Assembly: GCA_963802945.1 (NCBI GenBank)
Contig: CAWDKY010000017.1
Span: 256,001 to 320,000, forward strand
Origin: an uncultured delta proteobacterium
GTDB lineage: Bacteria; Desulfobacterota; RBG-13-43-22
Direction of reading: 5' to 3'
Length of the DNA stretch: 64,000 nt
Shown: piece by piece, positions 40,458 through 52,779 of the stretch
Layout: each line of letters starts with the position of its first letter
Numbering within the stretch: position 1 is the first letter of the stretch
Position numbers and translations under genes: made by a program
The notes under the pieces: model-generated
Databases searched by the model: none
Seen by the model: the letters and a program-made list of their open reading frames with translations, nothing else
Told to the model about the DNA's origin: nothing

Positions 40458-41291
40458 TTACCTATGGCCTGTGGCCTGCTGCCTCGTGCCTGTCCTTACT
40501 ACTTCATCGACAATCTGATTAATGGCCTGAATTACGGCTGAATCTTCATGCCCCTGGAAATAGGGTCGGCCAGCATCGGCCTCCGAAACCAAATTGGGAT
40601 CAATGGGAATCCTGCCCAGAAAAGGAACCCCCCATTCCCGTGCCAGGGCCTCTCCACCGCCTTGTTTAAAAAGATCAATTTCTTGGTGGCAGTGGGGGCA
40701 GATCAGACCGCTCATGTTCTCGATCACTCCGACGATGGGCAGGGAGACTTTGTCTAAAAACCGCAAAGACCGGCGAACATCCTCTATAGCCACCTGTTGA
40801 GGTGTGGTAACCACAATGGCCCGGACATCGGGAATAGATTGGGCTATGGATAAGGGTTCGTCTCCGGTCCCAGGAGGGGCGTCAATAACTAAAAAATCCA
40901 AGGGTCCCCAGAGGACGTCCCCTAAAAGCTGCCGAATTGCCCCTCCTTTGCGAGGGCCCCGCCAAATGACTGCCGCATCCTGATCTCCCAGGATGGAAGC
41001 CATGGAAATGACCCTCAGGTTTCCATTATAGGCGATGGGTTTAAGAAAACCTCGTTCAGCGGTAACTTTTTGACCGGAAAGGCCCATCATTTTAGGAATG
41101 CTGGGGCCATGAAGATCGACATCCAGAAGCCCGGTCAAAAATCCCTGGTTGGACAGGGCAACAGCCAGATGAACGGCCACGGTGCTTTTCCCCACCCCTC
41201 CTTTTCCGCTCAGCACCAAAAGCTTGTTTTTGATCAAGGCCATGTTTTCTCGTATCTTGACCTTTTTTGCGATTTGATCCGGAAATTCCAA
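40458..41291 (-). CDS. mrp: Mrp/ApbC (NBP35) Fe-S carrier ATPase
   Basis: SGKGGVGKST, DVDLHGPS, VIWRGP, DAPPGTGDE, ENMSG..CPHC. Confidence 0.93.
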   Translation of the reverse strand: MEFPDQIAKKVKIRENMALIKNKLLVLSGKGGVGKSTVAVHLAVALSNQGFLTGLLDVDLHGPSIPKMMGLSGQKVTAERGFLKPIAYNGNLRVISMASILGDQDAAVIWRGPRKGGAIRQLLGDVLWGPLDFLVIDAPPGTGDEPLSIAQSIPDVRAIVVTTPQQVAIEDVRRSLRFLDKVSLPIVGVIENMSGLICPHCHQEIDLFKQGGGEALAREWGVPFLGRIPIDPNLVSEADAGRPYFQGHEDSAVIQAINQIVDEVVRTGTRQQATGHR

Positions 41292-41319
41292 GGGGTCTCC
41301 TTTTATTAATGGAGGACGG

Positions 41320-42144
41320 TCAGTGACCGTTCGCTTTTTTGGACTTTAGCACCTCGTCCATACTGCCCGAACGAAATCCTTTTAGATCAAGGGTAATATA
41401 ATGAAATCCCAGAGCAGAAAGGCGGGATAGTAGATTGTTTTTCTTCTGTGTGTCGAAAAAAAGCTCAAAATCTTTTTCCGGGACCTCGATTCGAACCAGA
41501 GTATTGTGGACTCGAAACCGGCATTCGCTAAAACCCATCTGGTGAAGTACTTCTTCTCCCAGGGCCAACCGCTTGATCAAAGGCAAGGTAATGGGTTGGC
41601 CATAGGCGACTCTGGTGGCTAAACATGGGGATGAGGGCTGGTTCCAGGTGAGCAAATCTAAACTCCGGCTGACCTCACGAATTTCCTCCTTGGTCCATCC
41701 CAAGACAGCAAAGGGACTGATGACCTTGGCCTCCTTCGAAGCTCGAATCCCCGGACGATAGGTTTTCAGGTCATCGGCATTGGTTCCGTCAAGAAGGAAT
41801 CGAATCCCCATTTGCTTCAAAATCGGCCGGACCTGACGAAACCGGGATTGCTTGCAGTAATAACAGCGGGTTGGAGAATTTTTTCTAAATCTCGGATTCA
41901 AATATTCTCTGGTTTTCAGCCACTGAAGCCGGACCTTCAGTAAATCAGCCAGTTTTTGAATCCTGCCCCGTTCTTTAGCTGTCAACAAAGGGGAAACAAA
42001 AGAGACGGCCAAAGGGAGCTCAGACCAGGCTTCACGGGCCAGGTAAAGAAGCAGGGTACTATCCACACCTCCGGAGAAAGCCACGGCACCAGGCTGATAT
42101 TGTTTTAGATAGGAGGTCAGGGTTTGGGTCTTGGAGGCAGCCAT
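41320..42144 (-). CDS. larE: LarE ATP-dependent sulfur transferase
   Basis: AFSGGVDS, RCYYCK, DGTNADD..YRPG, PSSPCLATR, GFRSGSM. Confidence 0.9.
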   Translation of the reverse strand: MAASKTQTLTSYLKQYQPGAVAFSGGVDSTLLLYLAREAWSELPLAVSFVSPLLTAKERGRIQKLADLLKVRLQWLKTREYLNPRFRKNSPTRCYYCKQSRFRQVRPILKQMGIRFLLDGTNADDLKTYRPGIRASKEAKVISPFAVLGWTKEEIREVSRSLDLLTWNQPSSPCLATRVAYGQPITLPLIKRLALGEEVLHQMGFSECRFRVHNTLVRIEVPEKDFELFFDTQKKNNLLSRLSALGFHYITLDLKGFRSGSMDEVLKSKKANGH

Positions 42145-42177
42145 TCATTTCTTAAATATAGCTATTCATCATTCTAA

Positions 42178-42777
42178 TCATTCTATGGACGAAATGACCC
42201 GATGCCCTTTCTTTTCCAGGGCCTGGATGATCGGGTCCAAGGGGCACCGTTTTAAACGAAACAAATAGGACTTCTTTTGCCCTTTGCCTATCATTCCCAC
42301 ACTGATGATTTGCCCTCCTTTTTGATGGATGAGGCCCGAAACCTCCTCGAAGGCCTTTGGCCGGGCAGCGAGCTGAATATCCAGACGGGAACTGGCTTCC
42401 AAGACCCCCATCAGTTGAATAAAGGCCGCCAGAATATCCGGCGTGGTCAATATTCCAACCAATCTTCCTTTGTCAACGACCGGAAGCCCGCCGATTTTGT
42501 ATCGGTAGATCAAACGGGCGGCCTCTTCCAGTGATTCTTCCGGGCCGACGGTAACCGGGTTTTTAATCATGACCTGGTCGAGACGCATTTCTTTCATCAG
42601 GGAGGGGATCATGACCTGGCGAAGATCATTTTCAGTGATCAGTCCCATCAGGATTTTGCCTTCCACCACAGGAAGATGCCTGATGGAATATTTTTTCATC
42701 AAAGTCAAGGCTTCCATGATTTGGCCATTTTTTGAAATGGTCACCACTTTTTTAATCATCCAATTTTTAACTCGCAT
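42178..42777 (-). CDS. CBS-pair + ACT protein (AcuB-like)
   Basis: IRHLPVV and KIGGLPVV CBS motifs; C-terminal ACT-like domain. Confidence 0.85.
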   Translation of the reverse strand: MRVKNWMIKKVVTISKNGQIMEALTLMKKYSIRHLPVVEGKILMGLITENDLRQVMIPSLMKEMRLDQVMIKNPVTVGPEESLEEAARLIYRYKIGGLPVVDKGRLVGILTTPDILAAFIQLMGVLEASSRLDIQLAARPKAFEEVSGLIHQKGGQIISVGMIGKGQKKSYLFRLKRCPLDPIIQALEKKGHRVISSIE

Positions 42778-43006
42778 CGGCCCTCCTTAGTCATAACAGA
42801 GTTTAATCATTTTGGGGATCAAGGGTTCATTTTCATGTAGTTTTCACGTAGTTCACTTGGATCCTTTCCATCGCACCCGAACTTGATCCCCTTGACTATA
42901 TGTAATCCCTCACGGGAGACCCGTAGGGGGCATGAGAGTTTATAATATCATCATAGAAGATTCAGGACAATTTATCAAGGGAAAGGGGAGAAAGAGATCA
43001 GTTGAG

Positions 43007-43035
43007 TTGACATTCTGTGTATTTTAGGTTAAGTT
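43007..43035 (+). promoter_or_regulatory. sigma70 promoter of the pyrG operon
   Basis: TTGACA-17 bp-TAAGTT. Confidence 0.6.
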
Positions 43036-43067
43036 CCTTCCAAATGGAAGGTAGGTAGGGGTTGTAA

Positions 43068-44711
<1,644 letters not shown>

Positions 44712-44726
44712 ACAGGCAGAATCCTA

Positions 44727-45562
44727 TTGAAAGAAATACAAATAAGAAACTGGAAGGTTGAAAAGGCCAGTCCGTTATCTGGTCATTGCCGGACCATGCG
44801 TCGTTGAAGATGAATCGACGACTGTGACGGTCGCTCGAGAACTTCATGGGATTCAGAAACGGCTGAACATCCCTCTGGTCTTTAAGGCTTCTTACGATAA
44901 AGCCAATCGAACTTCGATTCGAAGTTATCGAGGTCCCGGCCTAGAGGCAGGTCTGGACTCTTTTAAAGTTTATCCGAGACCGATTTGAACTTCCTGTTCT
45001 ATCCGATGTCCATCAAGTTAGCGAGATTGAAAAAGCCGTGCAGGTTCTGGATGTGATCCAGATACCGGCCTTTTTGTGCCGACAGACCGATCTCTTGACA
45101 GCTGCAGGCCGAACAGGCCTGCCGGTCAATGTCAAAAAAGGCCAATTTCTTTCTCCCTGGGATATGCGCTTTGTGGTGGAAAAAATCACTGAAACCGGAA
45201 ACGATCAGATCCTTTTAACCGAAAGGGGGACCACCTTCGGATATAACAATCTGGTGGTGGACATGAGGTCTTTCCCCATATTATCCAGTTTTGGTTATCC
45301 GGTCATCTTCGACGCCACCCATAGTGTCCAACTCCCCGGAGAGGGGCAAGGGGTTTCCGGAGGAGAGAGGAAGTTTGTCCCTTATCTGGCCAAAGCGGCA
45401 GTGGCGGCTGGTGTTCAAGGGGTCTTCCTGGAAGTTCATCCTGACCCGGGAAAAGCCCTGTGCGATGGGGCTAATTCCTGGCCATTGGATCAATTGGAAC
45501 CTCTTTTGCGTAACTTGATGTCGATTCATGAGGTAGTCCGAGAAAAAGAGAAGCTGGTATAA
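44727..45562 (+). CDS. kdsA: KDO8P synthase; +1 frameshifts at about 44778 and 44956
   Basis: IAGPCVVE, FKASYDKANRTS, SDVH, QIPAFLCRQTDL, KKGQF, DATHSVQ, EVHPDP spread over three frames. Confidence 0.9.
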
Positions 45563-45715
45563 GGTACGGGATACAAGTTATAAGGCTCCAGGTTTAAGGC
45601 AAAAAAGCCGTTTTTTTCCTAACAACTATTTCCGGAGGATCTGGTTTTCAATTCCTTTAACCTTGTATCCGGTACCTCGTTCTCTGTACCTTTCACCTTG
45701 GAACGAAAAAAACCG

Positions 45716-46246
45716 ATGGATTCCATTTTCCGGAAGGCTAAAAAGATCAGGTTACTGTTGCTTGATGTGGATGGAATTTTGACCGATGGCCGGATACTTT
45801 ACAATGAAAAAGGCCAGGAGATCAAATGCTTTCACATTCAAGATGGCCAGGGAATCCGCTGGCTTCTGAGGGAAGGAGTCGAAGTGGGGTTTCTTTCCGG
45901 ACGTTCTTCTCGAGCCGTTGAAATGAGGGCCAGAGAACTGGGGGTTTCCTTTCTTTTTCAAGGGATCAAAGATAAGATAAAAATTTTTGAAAAACTCCTC
46001 CAAAAAACAAAACTTAACCCGAAGCAGGTTTCCTTTATGGGCGATGATTTTATGGATCTTCCACTGCTTAAAAAAGTCGGTCTTTCGATCAGCGTGAGTA
46101 ATGGCCATCCCCTGGTTCAGAAAAAAGTGGATTATGTTACCAGAACGGCTGGGGGCTTCGGGGCTGTGCGGGAAGTGTCTGAATTAATTCTCAGGGCTCA
46201 AGGGAAATGGGATTCCATCCTAAGAGACTATGGGTTTAAAAATTAA
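45716..46246 (+). CDS. kdsC: KDO8P phosphatase
   Basis: LDVDGILTDG, MGDD..DLP, GG.GAVRE. Confidence 0.93.
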   Translation: MDSIFRKAKKIRLLLLDVDGILTDGRILYNEKGQEIKCFHIQDGQGIRWLLREGVEVGFLSGRSSRAVEMRARELGVSFLFQGIKDKIKIFEKLLQKTKLNPKQVSFMGDDFMDLPLLKKVGLSISVSNGHPLVQKKVDYVTRTAGGFGAVREVSELILRAQGKWDSILRDYGFKN

Positions 46247-46258
46247 AAACAGAATACA

Positions 46259-46864
46259 TTGATTGGGGGATTGGCTTTGTTTATTGTGGATCATGTGAAA
46301 AAAATAAAGAATATCCTGATCATTGGTATTCTTTGTGTGGTTGCTTTCTGGCTGGGTTTATACGCTTTCAGGACCCAGAAGCCGCCAACCCCGGTGCCCA
46401 AAGTTTCAAACGCCGGGACTACCCCCGGCAATGTCGGACTGCAACAGATCGATTTTGTTCAAGTTAAGAATGGGATTAAGTTGTGGGAACTGAAGGCCGA
46501 GGCGGTTGAATATCAGCAACCGAAGAACGTGGTCTCCTTTAAAAAGGTTACCCTAATCTATTTTCCTAAAGATGACAAACCGGTCAACCTAGTGGGGAAT
46601 CTGGGAAGTTTGGATACCAAAACGAAGAATATTTTCATTGAAGGGGAAGTGATCATTTCAACTTCGGATGGATATGAGCTTAAAGTCCCTTCCCTTTATT
46701 ATCGGGAGGACACAAAAGAGGTATCCTCGGAGGGGGATGTCTCTTTTAAAGGTCCTGATATTATCTTGGATGGTCAGGGGATGACCATGAACCTTGATTC
46801 CCAGAAAGTTTGGGTCAAGAAAAAGGTCAGAATGACACTTTTTCATTCTTTTTTTGTGTCTTGA
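46259..46864 (+). CDS. lptC: LPS export protein LptC
   Basis: TM plus beta-jellyroll (WELKAE); position between kdsC and lptA; start uncertain. Confidence 0.85.
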   Translation: MIGGLALFIVDHVKKIKNILIIGILCVVAFWLGLYAFRTQKPPTPVPKVSNAGTTPGNVGLQQIDFVQVKNGIKLWELKAEAVEYQQPKNVVSFKKVTLIYFPKDDKPVNLVGNLGSLDTKTKNIFIEGEVIISTSDGYELKVPSLYYREDTKEVSSEGDVSFKGPDIILDGQGMTMNLDSQKVWVKKKVRMTLFHSFFVS

Positions 46865-46878
46865 TGAGGAGGGCGGAC

Positions 46879-47463
46879 ATGGCTTCATTAAGGAAGTTAT
46901 TCTTGGTTTTCATGACTATCACGGTCGTGGGATCAGGATTTTTTGTACCGCAATGGGGATTTGGGAAAAACAAAGATTCCTCAGAAACACCCCGGCCTAT
47001 TGTAACGACTGCCGACACCCTGGAATTGGACAATAAAAATAAAATAGCTACTTTTTCAGGAAACGTCGTGGCCAAACAGGAACAACAGGGGAAAGAGCCC
47101 ATCATCATTTATTGCAATAAAATGGTAATTTATTCCATTGAGGAAACCGGCAAGAAACCTTCTTCCTCTTCGTCAAAAGAGAGCGAAAAAAAGAATCTAA
47201 TCCAACAGAACCAGGTGGACAAGATTGTGGCCAGCGGCCAGGTCAAGATTCTTCAGGGCAAAGACGTGGCTACAGGAGAAACGGCCATTTTTTACAACGC
47301 CGATCAAAAAATCGTCTTGTCAGGTAACCCAAAAGTCTGGCAGGGAAAGAACCTGATCAAAGGAGAGGAGATCACCGTCTGGATAAAGGAAAACAGAAGC
47401 CTGGTCACCAGTAAGGGGTCCAACCGCGTGCAGGCGGTGATCTATCAAGAAGAAGAAAAATGA
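46879..47463 (+). CDS. lptA: LPS transport periplasmic protein LptA
   Basis: Signal peptide, ATFSGNVVA, IVASGQV, LSGNPKVWQGKN. Confidence 0.88.
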   Translation: MASLRKLFLVFMTITVVGSGFFVPQWGFGKNKDSSETPRPIVTTADTLELDNKNKIATFSGNVVAKQEQQGKEPIIIYCNKMVIYSIEETGKKPSSSSSKESEKKNLIQQNQVDKIVASGQVKILQGKDVATGETAIFYNADQKIVLSGNPKVWQGKNLIKGEEITVWIKENRSLVTSKGSNRVQAVIYQEEEK

Positions 47464-48186
47464 AAAAGTTAGCCGTTCGGGACTTGGTAAAAATATATCA
47501 TAGAAAACCAGTGGTCAACAAAGTCAGCCTGCAGCTGGCCGAGGGGGAGATCGTCGGTTTATTGGGGCCGAACGGTGCGGGCAAAACGACCACCTTTTAT
47601 ATGATAGTCGGCCTGACCCGCCCCGACCAGGGAACTATTTTATTAAACGAGGAAAGTATTAGTGAACTCCCCATGTATCTTAGGGCCCGGAAAGGTATCA
47701 ATTATCTTCCCCAGGAACCTTCGGTTTTTACCCGGCTGACTGTGGCTGAAAATATAATGGCTATTTTGGAAACCCTGGATATTTCAACAATCGAACGGGA
47801 AAACCGTTTGGCCGATCTTCTTCAGGAACTCAAACTGACCCATCTGGCCCATCATAAAGCCTATTCCCTTTCTGGTGGTGAACGGAGGCGGGTGGAGATT
47901 ACACGCGGCCTTAGTCACTTCACCTTCTTTTATCTTGCTCGATGAACCTTTTGCCGGGATCGATCCTCTGGCCATCAATGATATCCAGAACATCATTGAG
48001 ACCTTGAAAGTCAAGAATATCGGAATTCTGATTTCCGATCACAACGTACGTGAAACTCTTTCGGTTTGTGACCGGGCCTATATCATTAATGAGGGGGTGG
48101 TCCTGGAAGAAGGGACTCCCCAGGAGCTGGCTGAAAGCGAGACGGCTCGAAAAATTTATCTTGGAGAAAAGTTTCAATTACCCTGA
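47460..48186 (+). CDS. lptB: LPS export ABC ATPase; +1 frameshift at about 47907
   Basis: GPNGAGKTT, YLPQE, LSGGERRRVEI, then LLDEPFAGIDP and DHNVRET in the next frame. Confidence 0.93.
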
Positions 48187-49691
48187 TGGCCCTAGAGATC
48201 AAACAACAACTTAAGCTGACCCAGCAGTTGATCATGACCCCTCAACTGCAACAGGCCATCAAACTGCTGCAGCTGTCCCGGTTAGAGCTCCTGGATAGCC
48301 TTCATCAAGAATTGGAGGCCAATCCGGTTTTGGAAGAGGCCTTAAACGAGGATCTGGAGTCTACCCAGACGGAAAAGGCCCCGGGAGAACCGGAGGACGA
48401 ACCGGAAGATCGACAGGCCGAGGTGACTATCGGGGAACAAGCCTTTGAAGGTACGGATTGGGACAATTACATCAATGACTATTATACCCCACGAAGTGAA
48501 GACATTTCAGAAGACCGAGAGCTCTCTTCTTATGAAAATATGGTCTCCAAAAAGGCCTCATTGGCCGATCATCTTATGTGGCAGCTTTCACTTTCCAATT
48601 TGACCCCGGAAGAAGAAACGGTCGGTGCGGAGATTATAGGAAATTTGGATGTTAATGGTTATCTGACGGCTTCCTTGGAAGAGATTTCCCAGAGCACTCA
48701 TCGGGAAACGGCCTTTGTGGAAAAGGTTTTGCTGCGCATTCAGGAGTTTGATCCCCTTGGAGTGGCCTCCCGAGATCTCAAAGAGTGCCTGCTTATCCAG
48801 GCCAGGTATCTTAACAGCCAAAATCCCTGGGTGGAATTGATTATCATGGACCATTTGAATTTGCTGGAAACTAAAAATTATTTGGCTATTGCCCGAATCT
48901 TACAGGCCCCGATCGAAGAGATTATTCCGGCCATAGAAATTATTTTACATCTGGATCCTAAGCCAGGTCAGCTCTATAGCGACGAAGAGGCTCAATATAT
49001 CAGTCCTGATATTTATGTTTATAAAATCGGGGAGGAGGTTCATGTTGTCCTGAATGAAGACGGTCTTCCCCGCTTGAGAATCAATGCCTTTTATAAGAAG
49101 GCCCTGGGTCAACGGGGATTCGTTTCGGAAGCAACACGAGACTATATTCAAGACAAGCTGCGTTCGGCCATTTGGTTAATCAAGAGTATTCATCAACGAC
49201 AACGGACCATTTATCTGGTGGCCGAAAGCATTTTTAAATTTCAACGGGAATTTTTAGATTACGGTGTTTCCCACTTGAAACCCTTAATCTTAAAAGATGT
49301 TGCCGAAGAGGTCCAAATGCATGAATCGACTATCAGCCGGGTCACCACCAATAAGTATGTCTATACTCCCCAGGGCATTTATGAATTGAAATTTTTCTTC
49401 AATAGTTCTGTGGCTGGGGCTAATGGAGAAACCGTTGCCTCAGAAAGTGTCAAGGAAAGGATACGACTTTTAATCGCCCACGAGGATCCAACACACCCCC
49501 TGAGTGACCAAGAACTTACCGAACTCCTTATGAAGGAAAATATATTTCTGGCCCGTCGGACCGTGGCCAAATATCGGGAAGCCCTAAGAGTCCTTCCATC
49601 CAATAAACGAAAAAATATCCCTATCCAGCAGTGGATGAATTCCAAAAAGATGAAAGTGTTAGAAGCAACCAAGGTGGAGAACGAAGAGTAA
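48186..49691 (+). CDS. rpoN: RNA polymerase sigma-54
   Basis: MTPQLQQAIKLLQL, HESTISR, RpoN box ARRTVAKYRE. Confidence 0.97.
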   Translation: MALEIKQQLKLTQQLIMTPQLQQAIKLLQLSRLELLDSLHQELEANPVLEEALNEDLESTQTEKAPGEPEDEPEDRQAEVTIGEQAFEGTDWDNYINDYYTPRSEDISEDRELSSYENMVSKKASLADHLMWQLSLSNLTPEEETVGAEIIGNLDVNGYLTASLEEISQSTHRETAFVEKVLLRIQEFDPLGVASRDLKECLLIQARYLNSQNPWVELIIMDHLNLLETKNYLAIARILQAPIEEIIPAIEIILHLDPKPGQLYSDEEAQYISPDIYVYKIGEEVHVVLNEDGLPRLRINAFYKKALGQRGFVSEATRDYIQDKLRSAIWLIKSIHQRQRTIYLVAESIFKFQREFLDYGVSHLKPLILKDVAEEVQMHESTISRVTTNKYVYTPQGIYELKFFFNSSVAGANGETVASESVKERIRLLIAHEDPTHPLSDQELTELLMKENIFLARRTVAKYREALRVLPSNKRKNIPIQQWMNSKKMKVLEATKVENEE

Positions 49692-49710
49692 CAGAAAATA
49701 GGAGGTCCTT

Positions 49711-50253
49711 ATGCAAATTTCTGTATCTTTCCGGAATGTAGATCCATCGGATCATTTGAAAAGCTATGCAGAAAATCGAATGGCACGTTTTAAAAAATAT
49801 ATGGAAGAGCCGATAGAAATTCACCTAGTTCTTTCCATTCAAAAGTTTAGGCATACAGCCGATGTGACTATCTCGGCTAATGGAATAAAAATCAAAGCCC
49901 AGGGAGAAACGGGCGACTTATATTCGGCCATCGATATGGTTTTAGATAAAATAGAAAAACAAATTAAAAGACATCGAGAAAAGATCAAAGAACATAAACC
50001 GGAGGGCAAAGCCAAGGGTCAGGACAAGGTGAAAAAAAGGGGTGAGAAGAGAGAAACCGAGGCAGTCGATTCCCCCCAGATTGTGAGGACCGAAAGGGTC
50101 CTGGTTAAACCCATGGATGCGGAAGAAGCTTCTTTGCAACTTAAGCTGTCGAATAGTGGATTTCTGGTTTTTACCAATTCCAAAACCCGTCTGATTAATG
50201 TTTTATATCGCCGAAAAGATGGAAATTTCGGATTGATTGAGCCGACGAGTTGA
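49711..50253 (+). CDS. hpf: long ribosome hibernation promoting factor
   Basis: DLYSAID..KIEKQ, KPMD.EEA, NVLYRRKDGNFGLIEP. Confidence 0.93.
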   Translation: MQISVSFRNVDPSDHLKSYAENRMARFKKYMEEPIEIHLVLSIQKFRHTADVTISANGIKIKAQGETGDLYSAIDMVLDKIEKQIKRHREKIKEHKPEGKAKGQDKVKKRGEKRETEAVDSPQIVRTERVLVKPMDAEEASLQLKLSNSGFLVFTNSKTRLINVLYRRKDGNFGLIEPTS

Positions 50254-50254
50254 T

Positions 50255-50716
50255 ATGAAAATTTGCCAATATTTAACTCCTGATTTAATCCTGCCGGACC
50301 TGAAGGCCCGGAATAAGGAAGGGGTGTTGACGGAACTGGCTGATTGGATCGTTGATCGAGTCCCCGGCATGAAAGCCGGGGAGGCCCTTCAGGTTTTACT
50401 GGACCGGGAACGTTTGGGTAGTACTGGAATTGGGGAGGGGTTTGCCATTCCTCACGGAAAATTGAAAACCCTTGAGCGGATGGTCATTGCTTTTGGCCGA
50501 TCATACCAAGGGATCCCCTTTGATTCTTTAGATGGAAAATCGGCTTTTTATTTTTTTGTTTTGATAGCTCCGGAGGATTCCGCCGGACTTCATTTAAAGG
50601 CCTTGGCCAAGATTTCCCGTTTTATGAAAAACAACTCCTTCAAGGAGAGTCTTTTTCGGGCTTCTAATCGAGAGGAGTTGCAAAAGGTTATTCAGAAACA
50701 AGATGATTTGATATAA
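50255..50716 (+). CDS. ptsN: PTS EIIA-Ntr
   Basis: RERLGSTGIG.GFAIPHG, HLKALA.ISR. Confidence 0.9.
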   Translation: MKICQYLTPDLILPDLKARNKEGVLTELADWIVDRVPGMKAGEALQVLLDRERLGSTGIGEGFAIPHGKLKTLERMVIAFGRSYQGIPFDSLDGKSAFYFFVLIAPEDSAGLHLKALAKISRFMKNNSFKESLFRASNREELQKVIQKQDDLI

Positions 50717-50813
50717 AAAGGTTCAAGGGCCTGCGACGAGCTCAGCCGAGACGGTCAAGAGATCGAGCGGAACCCAAGGCCTGGCTTCTTGTTGTTATAC
50801 ATTGGGGAATGGA

Positions 50814-51686
50814 ATGCCAACAAAGAGTATCCGCTTGGTGGTCATTACTGGCTTATCCGGATCGGGCAAGAGTACGGCCCTGAAGGCCTTTGAGGATATT
50901 GGATTTTTCTGTATTGACAATCTGCCGGCCACCTTGCTTCCCCGTTTCTTAGAGTTGAGAGATCAAATATCCAGGGAGGTCTTTAAAATTGCCTTGGTCA
51001 TGGACCTCCGGGGAAAAGATTTTTTGACCAATTTCCCCAAGATTTTCCAGGAAGTCAAACGAAAAGGATATATCGTTGAAGTGTTATATTTGGAGGCCGA
51101 AGAAGAGATTTTAATCCGTCGTTTCAGCCAGACCCGGCGCCATCATCCTCTTGGAAACCATCGGACCATTTCGGACACCATCCGCCTGGAAAGAAAGAAG
51201 ATGGAACCTATCAAGCGTTTGGCGACTTTCTGCCTGGATACCAGCCATCTCAATGTGCATCAACTTCGGGAAGAAATCCTTCGGCTTTTTTCCAAGGTGG
51301 CTCAGCCGATTAAGATGACTATGAACCTAATCTCTTTCGGCTATAAATACGGCCTGCCCAATGAAGCCGATATCGTTATGGATGTACGTTTTCTGCCCAA
51401 CCCCTTTTTTGTTGCGGAATTGAAGGAAATGGACGGGAATCAAAAACCGGTCGTCGATTATGTGATGAAATGGAAGGAGACCAAGGTTTTTTTAAAAGAC
51501 TTTTACGAATTGATTTCTTTTCTGATTCCTCAATACCAGAAGGAAGGAAAATCACAACTCACCATTGCCGTGGGCTGCACAGGGGGAAGGCACCGTTCCG
51601 TTACTATAGTCAATGCATTATCTGATTTATTAAAAAAGCAGGAACTTTTACTCAATATTTACCATCGGGATATTCGGTTAGGGTAG
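50814..51686 (+). CDS. rapZ: RNase adapter RapZ
   Basis: GLSGSGKS, IDNLP, TRRHHPL, SFGYKYG, DVRFLPNP, GCTGGRHRSV. Confidence 0.95.
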   Translation: MPTKSIRLVVITGLSGSGKSTALKAFEDIGFFCIDNLPATLLPRFLELRDQISREVFKIALVMDLRGKDFLTNFPKIFQEVKRKGYIVEVLYLEAEEEILIRRFSQTRRHHPLGNHRTISDTIRLERKKMEPIKRLATFCLDTSHLNVHQLREEILRLFSKVAQPIKMTMNLISFGYKYGLPNEADIVMDVRFLPNPFFVAELKEMDGNQKPVVDYVMKWKETKVFLKDFYELISFLIPQYQKEGKSQLTIAVGCTGGRHRSVTIVNALSDLLKKQELLLNIYHRDIRLG

Positions 51687-51704
51687 GTTGGAGGCAACAG
51701 GACT

Positions 51705-52112
51705 ATGATTGGAATTGTTATTGTAACCCATTGTAACCTGGGTCAGGAACTTATACGTTCGGCGGAGTTTATTACGGGAAAGTTCAGCCAGGCCCGAGCG
51801 GTTTCTCTTAATCCAGAAGACCAAGAGGGGGCTCTGTGGGGCAAGATTTCCGAGGCTATCGAAAAGGTGGATACCGGGGGTGGGGTTATCCTTCTCACGG
51901 ATATGTTTGGTGGAACCCCATCCAATATCTGCCTTTCTTTTTTAACCGACGGAAAGGTTGAGGTGGTTACCGGGGTAAATCTGCCCATGTTGATCGGTCT
52001 GATTTCAAAAAGGGAAGGGGAATCCTTAAATCAAGTCGCTCGGGAGATCAAGGATTATGGCCTACGCAGTATTGCTTTGGCGGGAGAGATTTTGAAAAAG
52101 GAGGCCAAATAA
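51705..52112 (+). CDS. PTS mannose/fructose-type EIIA
   Basis: IVIVTH, TDMFGGTPSN, GVNLPML. Confidence 0.9.
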   Translation: MIGIVIVTHCNLGQELIRSAEFITGKFSQARAVSLNPEDQEGALWGKISEAIEKVDTGGGVILLTDMFGGTPSNICLSFLTDGKVEVVTGVNLPMLIGLISKREGESLNQVAREIKDYGLRSIALAGEILKKEAK

Positions 52113-52123
52113 AGGAGTTATCT

Positions 52124-52564
52124 TTGATCCTTCATCCCGCTCAACTGGAAGACCTTTCAGATCTGTTAGTTATTGAGTCGGCCTCTTTTATTCAACCTTG
52201 GTCGGAAGCACTTTTTCTGTCTGAGCTGATGAAGTCTCCCCCCAGTATTTATGTGGCCCGACGGGATTCTCAAAGCCCTGTCGTAGGGTATATTTGTTTC
52301 TGGTCGGTGGCCGATGAAATTCAATTGCATAATCTCGCTGTCCATCCCGACTGTCGCCGTCAGGGAGTAGGCCGCCGTTTATTAACTTTTCTTTTAACCC
52401 AGGCCCAAGAAAAAAGAACCCCAAAAGTGTTTTTAGAAGTCCGGCCTTCCAATCGGATCGCTATAGCCCTATATCGCTCTCTCGGGTTTAGGATCCTTTA
52501 TAGACGTCCCGGCTATTATGCCCCATCAAGAGAAGACGCCCTGGTGATGAAATGGTCCGGTTAA
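52124..52564 (+). CDS. rimI: ribosomal protein N-acetyltransferase RimI
   Basis: PWS, NLAVHP..RRQG.G, LEVRPSN..A..LY, YY..EDA. Confidence 0.9.
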   Translation: MILHPAQLEDLSDLLVIESASFIQPWSEALFLSELMKSPPSIYVARRDSQSPVVGYICFWSVADEIQLHNLAVHPDCRRQGVGRRLLTFLLTQAQEKRTPKVFLEVRPSNRIAIALYRSLGFRILYRRPGYYAPSREDALVMKWSG

Positions 52565-52779
52565 CAAGCTTATGAAAAACGCTCATCTGTCCCGCCATAA
52601 GCGGGATTGCCCTCATCCCTCCCCGCCTTTCGGCGGGGCAGGCTTATTCCGACGTACCTCTATGTACGACTCATTCCTCTGGATTTCTTCGCGTAAAAGG
52701 CAACGCTCAGTCCCACCCCTTCAGGGCGGGTTCCCGGTTTCGGGCGCCTTGCATCTCAACGTTTTTAATCACCCTGTTA
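52562..52779. mobile_element. MITE-like element with nested GC hairpins
   Basis: Imperfect TIRs AACAAGCTTATGAAAAACG / CGTTTTTAATCACCCTGTT; inner CGTAC-CTCTAT-GTACG; hairpins at 52590, 52621 and about 52712. Confidence 0.6.

Noticed and set aside
44727-48186. Programmed frameshifting or phase variation in kdsA and lptB
   Set aside because: There are no slippery runs or repeat tracts at the sites; scattered single indels fit sequencing error.
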